A stretch of 63,873 nt of DNA, filler included, from Octopus bimaculoides (lineage: Eukaryota): the NCBI RefSeq assembly GCF_001194135.2. It is 6 parts of 4 records of this genome, joined end to end, with 100 filler letters (N's around TTAATTAATTAA, not from the genome) between each part and the next. Parts side by side here need not be neighbours in the genome. Positions count along the whole stretch, not along the records: positions 18,387 to 47,797 come from NC_068983.1; 5 more parts are not named here. One strand, given 5' to 3'. Shown here piece by piece: positions 25,957 through 37,771 of the stretch. The position numbers were made by a program, and so were the translations under genes. The first letter of the stretch is position 1. The number at the start of each line of letters is the position of its first letter. Below the pieces are notes generated by a model. The model ran no database searches. It saw nothing but the letters and a program-made list of their open reading frames with translations, and was not told the origin of the DNA.

Positions 25957-28900
25957 CTGGTAAAAGTAGAAAGAGAATAAATCACAGTATTTAGTTACTT
26001 ACATCAGAGAATTGTTATTTAATACAAGATCCGTAATGATCGAGCCAATCTATACTCAGAGGTGTCCCAGCCAGCCAGACAACATACCAGCAACCATCCT
26101 GTCTTTTGTTCAAACTACGAACCGAAGACTTTATCCTGTGTCATATATTTTTAAAAAGGTATCATTTGAAAGATATATGGATGATATTTCTAACAGGTCA
26201 AGTGACCATGTCAGGGTTTCCTCCAGTGATATATCTATCTTCAGTATTTTTGTTCGGCTCGGTATGGTCCGCGGCCCGGTGGTTAGAGATCCCTGCTGTA
26301 TATTGGTTTCAAATTTTGGTACAGCAATTTCGGGAGAGGAAGCAAGTCGAAAGGATGAAAGGTAAAGTTGACCTCGGCGGGATTTGAACACTGAACGTAA
26401 AGACGGACGAAATGCTTGCCTGCCGTATATGATGATTCAGTGATTACGTTTGTCTTATAAAAAAGTTCACTCATTATGGATATACAAAAATTAATAATAT
26501 ACAGTATAAAATAATATCCTAGCATATATATGTGTGTGTATAATATACTTACAGGTGTTGGACGGCGGGAAAAGAGTAACAGGGTTTGCAGTAGTGACAG
26601 GGCCCAGTGTCGGTCGTACAGTTGGAGTCCATTGCCATGGTTTGAGAATCTCGTCGATCTTCATGATCAAAGGGTATCTGCCAGAGCCGCACGCGTTGTT
26701 AAAGTCATCCATCTCGACTGACCATATAAAGGCACCACCCAGGTTGTTGTTGACAATATAATTGGCCTAAAATTGATTGTGTTAGTTAAAAAAGAAAAGG
26801 TAAGGGACCCAAATAATGAATTTCTGTTTCCAGGAAGTACAAAAGTTTAGGAGATGTTATAATATTTTTGTTTATATAATTTTATACAATGTTTGTAATG
26901 GATTTCGAAGTAAATTTTAATCGAATAACGTTTTAATTCGAAAATATTTACGCAAAAAATATTTTCAAAAATATAAAGTCTGAAAATATTATTTCTATTT
27001 TGTATAGTTATTTATCGATTTCTGGTATATAATGTCAGAAATCGAGAAGGCTATATAGTCGACTCGAGTACTTGATAGATATTTGTTTTATCAACCTTGA
27101 AATGATCAAAGTCAAAACCAAACTCGGTGAAGACTGAACTCAAAACCTAAAGAAACATAATTAAATACTATAAGATATTTTGTCTGGTGTTCAACCATTT
27201 TTGTCCTTTATTGAAATATTGATTTCTTGCAGAAACCAATACATTTTGAGGAGGAAGGATTTTATGGACGTTTTTATCGATCTTAGTAATTGATTTTAAG
27301 ATTTGGCTCCAGGCTGGCAATTTCGGAGCAAGAGGTAACTTGATTACATCAATCTCAGTAATCAACTGGTACTTATTTTATCGACCCCAAAAGGATGAAA
27401 GACATAGTTGACCTCTGCAGAATTTCAACTCAGAACGTAAAGACGGACGAAATGCCGCTAAGCATTTTGTCCGGAGTGCTAACGATTCTGCAAGCGTATT
27501 GCCTTATCAATCTTAGTAATTGACGAATAGATTTTTATTGATCCTATAGAAATAGAATGCAGCCAACTCGATTTTGAACTTGGGATATAAGGAATTGCAG
27601 CTGAATAAAGATTTCTAGCGTCGGCGCACGGTTAGAAATAATGAAGTTGGCATAATCGATTAAGTTGATCCACAGGACTTGATTGGTATCTATTTTATTT
27701 TATCGATACCGGAAGTATAAAAGGTAAAGTCGAAAGTTGACGTCGGCGAGATTTGAACTCAAAACACAAAGTATGCAATTTGCTTTGTGTTTCCCGCTTT
27801 GCCACCCCACTATTATTAGCAAGGGAATAGTAAAACCTATTGCCTCCGTGAGTAATAGCAGGAAATTTTACATCGGTACAACAATTATTTTACTTATTTT
27901 AAAATTTCATGTAGATTATGAGGTAATGACTTGAATAGTAATTTTTAAAATGAAAATATTTATGAGATTAAAATAAAGTTAAATAAAACATTCATAATTT
28001 GTATATTCGCAATAAATATGTTGTCAAGAACCATACTACTGTTTAACTATCAATTAAATACAGATGTAATGTATTGATCAGTTCCTTATAAGTTAGCATA
28101 ACCAAGCAAGCAACAATGAGTTTTATTAGTATTGATATTAACTTACCTTGTATGTAATGCTTTCAATATCATCATAACCAACCCACTGGTCCCCACCATA
28201 GGAATAGGGTACTTTCATATCATTCAACCAGATTCGGCGCCACGGATTCGATCCCTTCTGGTAGGTACATACCTGTGAAGAATAGATTATCGATTTTGTA
28301 CTTAGGCGTAATGACAAATGTTGAAAGGGAAAATAAATGAAGTCAGTTTCATTAACTGCGATATATATTTGTGGACGCAGACCTGACTGTGTCCTTAACA
28401 AGTTAGCTTAGCAATCATGTAATTCCGGCTTCAATCTCACTGCATAGCACATTAGGCTAGTTTCTTCTTCAATAATCGCGAGTCGATCCAAGCCTTGTGA
28501 GTGAAATTGAGTTGACCCATATTATGTGGAAGCCAATGGAATGGACTGTACACGATAATCATAGTTTCTTCTCCTCCCCCGATTCTTGGAGGTCCTGTCC
28601 ACGCCATATGCGCTGATTTCGTCCTTTGACTGAGCCACTTCTATACCCTAAAATACTGATGATTGGTTTTCGAAATTACATAAACGAGGAAATCGAACCT
28701 GGCGGCATTTGAACCAAAAACCTAGATGATCAACGCTAAATATTGTAAAGCGCTTATATAAAATGAAATAAAATAAAACAATAATGTCAGGGAATGTACC
28801 TTGTAGACGTAATGTCTACTGATACACTTAAGAAAGCTGTCAGACGGCGATTGCTGTACACGAATGTAAATATTGATGTCTAATATAGAGACAAGGCCAC

Positions 28901-31264
28901 ATATTTGTAGGAGACGGAGCATTTGATTATAACGATTCCAGTACAGACTGTTATTTCATTTTATTGACCTTAGAAAAATGACAGTTGACTTCGGTGACGT
29001 TTGATCTCAGAACAAATACACCGAGGCATTTTGTCCAACGACTTATCGATTCTGCCAGTCCATCGTCTTCACATATATAGTTTCTGATTTAGTTACACGG
29101 CTAGCAATTTTGAGGGGAAAGGTTTCAGTCAATATCATCGACTCAAGTACTTGATTGATATTTTATCTTATCGATCTCGGTGAGGCAAAAAACAAAGTTG
29201 GCCTCGGCGGGATTGGAACTCAAAATGTAAAGAGTCGGAACAAATATCGCAAAGCATTTTTACGATGCTCTAACGATTCTATTAAATCATCACCTTATTG
29301 ACTTCACACACACACATATACTAACGTGTGTTATCGGGTAGAGTTAACCAATCAATATGATATACATGGAGAGACAGTAAAATGGCAGAATCGTTAGCAT
29401 GTCGGGGAGATGCTTAGCGGCATTTCGTCCGTCTTTCTGAGTTCAAATTCCGCCAGGGTCGACTTTGCTTTTCATCCTTTCCAGGTCAATAAAATAAGTA
29501 TCAGCTGAACATTGGGGTCAATGTTATCGATTTAGCTTCCCACTCAAAAACTACTGGCCTTGTGCTAAAACTTGAAACCAATATGATATATGTGGAGAGT
29601 TCACTACAATTGAAACTATGGGGATTCGCTTCTCAGTAGCCAAAAGTAAATAATTTCGGTAGTGATTCTGTCACAGTTTAAGCAGTGGTTCTGCGCACTG
29701 AACCAGGAGGAAACCTTTATGTAGTTGGTTGACAAACAAGTAATAGTAATTAAATCTTTTTCAAATCACATCTTACTGTCTGATAAAAGGAAAAGAGACG
29801 TTGGATAATCTATAGTGGTTGGAAGGCGGCGAGCTGACAGTCGTTAGTACGCCGTCGTTAGTGCTTTGTTTGAGTTTGTGAGTTGGAAGTGTATACACTC
29901 CTTGTGAGTACCGTTTTTGTTTAACTGTTGTTTATTTTATTTCTTTATTGCCCGTTACCTGTTGAACTTGTTACCGTTTTTTAATTTTCTTCCCCATTTA
30001 TGGGTGAAGTTGTTGATAATATGGAAAGCACACCAATGCAAGTGAGCAGTTATGCTGCAGTGACTGGCAAAAGCCTGTCAGTGGAGGGACTGCAAGTCAA
30101 AGAAATTAAATTGAAGGAGGAAAACTTCAAAAAAATACAATGATTTATTAAAAAAAGGAGGGAGATAGGCTGACGTCCCCCAAAGAAGTAACAGAAAGAA
30201 CAGAGAAAGTAACAATTGTGTACAGAACATTAAAATTGCAACAAAAATGGTGGAAGGCGGTCGAGGAGTGCCTCTGAGATATTGAGAACGTAGTGACGTA
30301 CTACACCAGAAGAGGAAATTCGGCAAATATGCTTGAAACGCACCTAACCAGTCTGTGGGATTCATGCATTTCGGAGTGACTATCACCTCTTCAGCTACAG
30401 AGACCGGAAAGGCAGACGCTACGAACTGACACGAGAGACAGGATCCTCTTATGATATTCCCGTCATCGCTCAATGACTGGTTGCGCTATTCAGAGACCTC
30501 TCGTGTCAATTCGCAGCGTCTGCTTTTCCAGTCTCTGTGACTGAAGAGGAGATAGCCACTTCAAAATGCATGAATCCCCTTAAACTGGTTAGTTGCAGCT
30601 GGCTCGGTGTATTTGTACCTATTTGTCTACAGAGAGAAATTTTTCCCATGACCAAATACAGTGAATGACTTCCTTACGGGTTCGAATATGCTCCAAACAT
30701 ATTGTTTAACCCCAGGTCACTTTCGATCCAAGTGAATACTGAGTAAAAGCCTTCCAGTCACGATTTTTTTGAGTATGCGAGGTTATGTCCTTTTCATATT
30801 CAAGACGTTGCATGTCTTTTGAAGGAGTTTTGAGTGTTGTCTCTAACTATTAAGCGATCACTTAGAGGTTCCTCCGTTGGCTCGTTGACATTTGATTTAT
30901 CATATGAGTGTAGCTTAGCGGTCCTGATATGCTGCTTTTATTTCATTGTCATGTCTGTTTTCATCTGCCGCAACTCAGTTAAGCCTGCTCCATTATCAAA
31001 TTACCGGACAATTCTGCTCCATCACTCTAACGTTGTCGAAACTATTCCATCGTCATTCGATCGTGTTCAGTACTCTTACCATATTTTATTGCTTTTCTAA
31101 TGTTCATTCGCTTCTCGAAATCATTGAATAGAATTTTAATAACTTTCTATTTGCTTCTACACACACACACACACACACGCACGCACACACGCACGCACGC
31201 ACGCGCACGCACGCACGCGCACGCACGCACACACACACGCACGCACGCGCACGCACACACACAC

Positions 31265-31297
<33 letters not shown>

Positions 31298-31578
31298 TCG
31301 TCATTTTGTATATCACTGGTTGTAAATGTATAACTAGTCAGAATGTCACTTTCGGTTTTGCGCCGACTATTGCATTTGGCAATACTGACAAATCTTCAAA
31401 CATGGTGGCCGTAAGTGCATAGCCTCTTTGAAGCTGGGTGGATGTATACACAAACCCATGTTGACTCGATACTGGTAAAAAGTACCGGAACCAAACAGTG
31501 AAAAATTAATCCATTTTTCAGGAGGGAAAGAACAGTTACTTCCCATGAATTGATGTTAGCCTTGTTGAACTGTATCAG

Positions 31579-31614
<36 letters not shown>

Positions 31615-34524
31615 GTGTTGATGTATGTCATTCTCCAATCCAAAAATGGGAACGACTATGTTGCCAAAACGAATTTTTGCTCACGAGGATAGCATCGGAA
31701 TATTTCGCTTTCGCAGATCAAAAAAGTAGTGGAATCGTGTGAACTTTTAGAATGATTCACTCTTCAGCCAAGAAAAGTCTGCAATGTTTGCTTCCATTCA
31801 GATATGGTTCAATTCGATTCTACAAATTCCAATTGATTTTGTATAGCGCTGTTTCCTCTTTTAATCGCTATATACCAGGAAGAGGTTATCACTTTTCACT
31901 GTGATTCATTCTTTTTACCAATACCGAGCCAAGCAGTGTCTTTATGTCTCCAGCATAAAAAAAGGTTACGCGTTTTCAGCTACAGTATCTGAAGATTCAT
32001 CAGTATTGTGTGATAGTCGGCGTGAAACTGACGGAAATATTCTGAACAGTAATACACTACTGGACGAAACCAAAATATAACCGCTCTATTTTTCATATTC
32101 AGTATGCTTTTTCTAACTTATGGACGACTAACAGATATATACGTATCTGTGTATCATGTGTACATGTATGTGTGTTTATGTATGTGTGCCTGTATGTGTT
32201 TAAATAGTGATATTAGTGGATGTAGTTCGTATTGTGATATATGTACGTATATAAAACATATACATATAAGAACGAGTGTGTATGACCTTTAAACTTTATG
32301 AAGATTTTTGAAATTTCCATATAATCAATATTTTATATCTTTGAGGAGGGGAAAAAAGAAGACATCGAAAGAAAGGCAGATGAATGATACTGATAGCCAT
32401 GATGATGATGATGATGAATGTATATCGTATTAAGACATTAATAATACTAGTGGTAATAACACTACTTCTAATGCTATCGAAGAAGTTAAACCATCTGCAG
32501 TTTAAATTAGCATCTATTATCAGCTATCTGTAACTGTTATGTGTGTTTCAGGACATGCTGTCTACAATGTCACTTCCTGCTGGTGTTGTATTGGTTTTTG
32601 TTATCGTTGTAGTTGTTGCTATTGCAGTGAAAGTTGTGTTTGTCACTGATGGTCATTTGGAAAAAAAATAAATTATTTCAGTTTGGTGTTGAGGAAAAGA
32701 GCCGATCACTGACGTCAATTTCAACCTCTAAGGCTGGTTAAAATCGACATGGTTAACATTTGTGAGTCAACAGCTGCAGGAAATAGAATCCCAGGGAGTC
32801 GATGTTCTTAGAAGGAAGGACTGGGTGTAGGAGATATATGGGAGAATCTGGGGGATACAACATGGACGTAATATGGTGGAGAAGAGAGACGAGTGAGCGG
32901 GAGTGCCTGAGTGGCAGGAGGAGGCACGAGCTCAGCCACATCCAAGGGGCAGAGGCCACTGTAGCAGCAGCAGCAGTAGCAGTAGTAATGGGGAATTGTA
33001 TTTGAGCTTAGAACAGGGTCGGTAAGGGCCGGAGCCACTGGCTGTTCTGCTTGCTGTATATAAGATTATTGTGACTGTCGTGGTTTTAGAGTAGTGTTGT
33101 TATCGTTGTTGCTGCTGCTATCAAAGCTCTAGTGTTTGTTTGTTGATGTCGTTCTTGTTGCTGTTGGTAACAATGCTGCTTATTCTTGCTATTGTTGTTG
33201 ATGTTATCGTTAATATTGTTTGCAGGTATCCCTGATTTCCTTCTCGATATTGTTCTTGGAGTTCTTGATACTGGTCTTCGGTATTATTTTGTTAATACTA
33301 CGATTGCATTTATTATTATTATTATTATTATTATTATAATTTCCAGATGTTCTCGGCCTGGTAGTACTACCGGGGTGGGGGCGCTACCGGTTCGAGATGA
33401 ACTTTGCAGGTACGGATGTGCTGTCAGACGGGCTTGTCCGAGGTGCGCGTGGAGTGACGAGACCGTCCTGCACGCCTTCATTCAGTGTCTGGGCATTGCT
33501 GACTTGTGGGGTTATGTCGAACAGCTGCTGTCACATGTGGGACGGATCCGTCTATCGGCCGAGTCTGTAGTGATGATTGCCCCGCCGCGCCCTCCTTCGA
33601 TCGGGCTGGCAAGGCAGTTTTCCTTCGCCTGTTGGCTGTGGTGAAAGAGGTTGTTTTGTGGACAAGGCGACAGATACAGTCCTCTTTGGTCTGACTTCTC
33701 TCCAAGTCTCACTTGAAAAGAAACTGAGAGTGGAGAGGGAAGTGCTGTCCCCGAGTGAGTTTACTGAAAGGCGGATGAAAGTTGCGAAAATGGTAAGAGT
33801 GGATGGTACCCCCTTTAAGTGTAGACCTGTGAGTTGGAGAGAAGGAATTGGAGAGAGCACTTGCACTTGGCGTTCAGGGAAATCTCGGACAGTGAGGTTC
33901 CTCGATTATCCCAAGAGGTCGTCCTGTATCAGGAGGGCTACATCTCTATCCCCACTCCTTTTTTCCCCTTTAAATTTTTGTATACTATGTATATTTCCCT
34001 TCCTTTTCATTGTATACCGTGTATACTTACATTTTTTGGGTCTATTTTTAATTTTCTATCATTTTATTATATGTAAACACCCACACTTTATGCCTGTCTT
34101 TGTATTGTCCCCCTCCTCCTTCGCCCTTGTGGCAAATAAATGAAATCCTCCTACTCATCATTATTATTATTATGTGGTTGTTTGTTGCTGCTGTTGTGTT
34201 TTTTCCGGTGTCGTTTTTTGTTGTTGTCAAGGTTTCCTCCCTCCGCCGTCCGTCCGTCCGTCTAATTTCAAATTTGATCCATATCAATGAACTTATAGTG
34301 ATGCATGCCGTAAGCTTTTTGATTGCGTCCATACGTACACGCAAATACATTCATATGTGTGCATGCGTACGTGCGTGCGTATGTGAGAATGTGTGCGTGT
34401 GTGTGACTAGACGCACAGGAACATCACAAGGAACATTATTTCAATTCATCTAATTGAGGGAGTTATTCATTGGGCGCGTTCTACTACTAATTAGAAATTA
34501 GTTGAAGCTGTGACCAATATCTGT

Positions 34525-34590
<66 letters not shown>

Positions 34591-36232
34591 NNNNNNNNNN
34601 NNNNNNNNNNNNNNNNNNNNNNNNNNNNNNNNNNNNNNNNNNNNNNNNNNNNNNNNNNNNNNNNNNNNNNNNNNNNNNNNNNNNNNNNNNNNNNNNNNNN
34701 NNNNNNNNNNNNNNNNNNNNNNNNNNNNNNNNNNNNNNNNNNNNNNNNNNNNNNNNNNNNNNNNNNNNNNNNNNNNNNNNNNNNNNNNNNNNNNNNNNNN
34801 NNNNNNNNNNNNNNNNNNNNNNNNNNNNNNNNNNNNNNNNNNNNNNNNNNNNNNNNNNNNNNNNNNNNNNNNNNNNNNNNNNNNNNNNNNNNNNNNNNNN
34901 NNNNNNNNNNNNNNNNNNNNNNNNNNNNNNNNNNNNNNNNNNNNNNNNNNNNNNNNNNNNNNNNNNNNNNNNNNNNNNNNNNNNNNNNNNNNNNNNNNNN
35001 NNNNNNNNNNNNNNNNNNNNNNNNNNNNNNNNNNNNNNNNNNNNNNNNNNNNNNNNNNNNNNNNNNNNNNNNNNNNNNNNNNNNNNNNNNNNNNNNNNNN
35101 NNNNNNNNNNNNNNNNNNNNNNNNNNNNNNNNNNNNNNNNNNNNNNNNNNNNNNNNNNNNNNNNNNNNNNNNNNNNNNNNNNNNNNNNNNNNNNNNNNNN
35201 NNNNNNNNNNNNNNNNNNNNNNNNNNNNNNNNNNNNNNNNNNNNNNNNNNNNNNNNNNNNNNNNNNNNNNNNNNNNNNNNNNNNNNNNNNNNNNNNNNNN
35301 NNNNNNNNNNNNNNNNNNNATATATATATATATAAATATATATGTATGTATTTGCATATGTCTATTCGAATGACTCCGAAATACGCTTTGTAATCATGAA
35401 ATTGCGAGTTCTATTGCTACTACATAGCATCTTGGACGAACGTGTGAGTGAGATTATGGAGACGCGAATTATTACAGGACCCTGTCGTATGTGATGCACT
35501 GGTAACTCAAAAGGTACATACACCGGAAGTTAATAAACAGGTAATTCAGTTGATTGAAAACCAACAGAGAAACATCCATCAATGTATGTATGTATGTGTA
35601 GGTATATATAAAAATAAAAGAATTACTCATTTTTGCTAGCTGAGTAGACTAGAGCAACGAGAAATGAAGTGTTTTCCTCAAGAACGTAACTCATCGTCCG
35701 GTCCAGAAATCGAAACCACAATCTTGCAATTATGAACACAACACCTTTACTAAGCTATGCACCTCCACATACATAAGTATATGAATGTGATGTGTATATA
35801 TGTGTATATATATATGTGTGTGTATTTACACACACACATGCCCTAGGCATGACTTTGCATCCGGTACTGGAGTCCCTGTGCGGGAGTTTTCGTGTTTTGG
35901 GGAATGTGGAATCACCTCTTAGCCACTGGTATTATAGCTGGTTGCACTGCAACGCTTTATCCACTTAAAACAAATTCACGAACAGGAACTTGTAGGACTC
36001 TTGGAACATTTGAGTTGCTTAGACTTACGCGGTTACGAGGTGATACATATATCTATTTATTACTGGTGAAGGCCGGTTTATAGGGTTATCCTAGGTTTCT
36101 CACCATAAAAGTACCCTTTATGGCGAGAAACCCAGGGTAACCCTATAAACCAGCTTTCACCAGCACTAAATATAGACTGCTCTACTGCTTGCTTAGAGTG
36201 TGCTTCTTCTCCAGGTTTATGTTTTTCTAAAA

Positions 36233-36289
<57 letters not shown>

Positions 36290-37725
36290 CACATATGTGT
36301 CTGTGTATTGATATAGAAAAATATATCTAAGTGTATATATTTATGTCTGCGTACATATGTGTGGGTGTGTGCGTGCGCGTATGAGTATGCGCGCAAATAT
36401 GTAGCTGTTATTAGACGAAGTATCATTTGTTATGTGTTATTTTTTCCCTTGCTACTTACCTCATAGAATGACAATATACCAGCTTCGTTTGTTTGAGGGC
36501 CTGGTCGTCCCCCTCTATCGGTAGATACGTTTGATCTTACTGTTGGGGCGCGTATACCATTCACTGCTGGATTGGCTAGAGTAAAGCTCATACCATACGT
36601 AGCAATACCTATAATCAAACGGTCACGTGGTATGCCCTGCCTGAGCCAAAAATTTATGGACCAAACCTGGAAATAAAAGAAAAATAAATGATAGAATTGA
36701 ACAGACTATATATTTAGAAATAGGTTACCATCGTTTCTATAAAGTCCGCCGGGAATATATGTTAAATTCGGAACGTAGACGATGTCGCTAATTCCAACCG
36801 AATTTTTCAGTGTTACACTTACAGAGAAGGGGTCAACCGAAACTTATTTTTCTCCATTGGCTATTACCATAGAATAAAATGAATTTCATAGCGTATAGAA
36901 TAATATTAATTACAAGGGTAGTTGAGTTGGATACCATTCCGAAAGTTTTATTTTTTAAATGGTGAATTAGTAAACCTTAATATCAAATTGAGTGAATTTC
37001 AATCTAGCTTGAATGGAATGTATTTAAATCAGAAAATTACAGAGGTGGCATACAAGGAACCTAAGGATGTGCTTACCAATATTTGTTTCCTACATTGGTT
37101 CAAAACCTGAAATGTGGAGGAGGAATATATTTTCCTCCCACCCTCTCTTCCTCATCCACCCACTCAAAGTTATTGTTATTCCTAAGATCAATACTGATCA
37201 AACACGCTTATAACCAAAAGCATTCGAGCCATCTCATATTTTTCAAGCATCCCGGTCCACATTATCCAATGTGCGAATGATTTGAGGGATAGTTGCCTGC
37301 TATTTTTAGCATGTCAAGCGAGAACAAAATGTGCTCTCGTTGGCTTGTGTACACTGTAAGCAACTTAATACTGCGAATTGTATTTCTATTATTTTTCTTT
37401 CGTAATTATAAGCAATACATGGAAGGTTTTACGAACAACAACTACAACGGTGGCTGTACAGAAGGTAACTGTATCTACGGTCTGATTGGCACCAAGTAGC
37501 GTCTCTGGACATCTGCAAAATAGATGCGCAAAGTTGATTGTAACAGCTGTTGCTGTTCGAAAATCAATCACTGTATTGTAACGACTGGTCATTACGATGC
37601 AATAAGCCAGTTTTAGCTAATATTGCACGTTGGTTGTTCATTATGCCATTGGTACTCATGTGTCTCAGTACTGACGTAAAATATTTGCTGAAAGGGGAAT
37701 GACAGACAGACAGACAGACAGAAAA

Positions 37726-37771
<46 letters not shown>

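Noticed and set aside
26131-26391. Minus-strand ORF containing TWSLDL, resembling the GH18 WSLDLDDF motif
   Set aside because: Lies in the last chitinase intron, overlaps a SINE and has no other GH18 similarity; the true motif is in exon 26553-26766.
31630-32140. Possible decayed mariner transposase
   Set aside because: Only vague motif echoes; no DD34D residues or clear TIR pair could be read.
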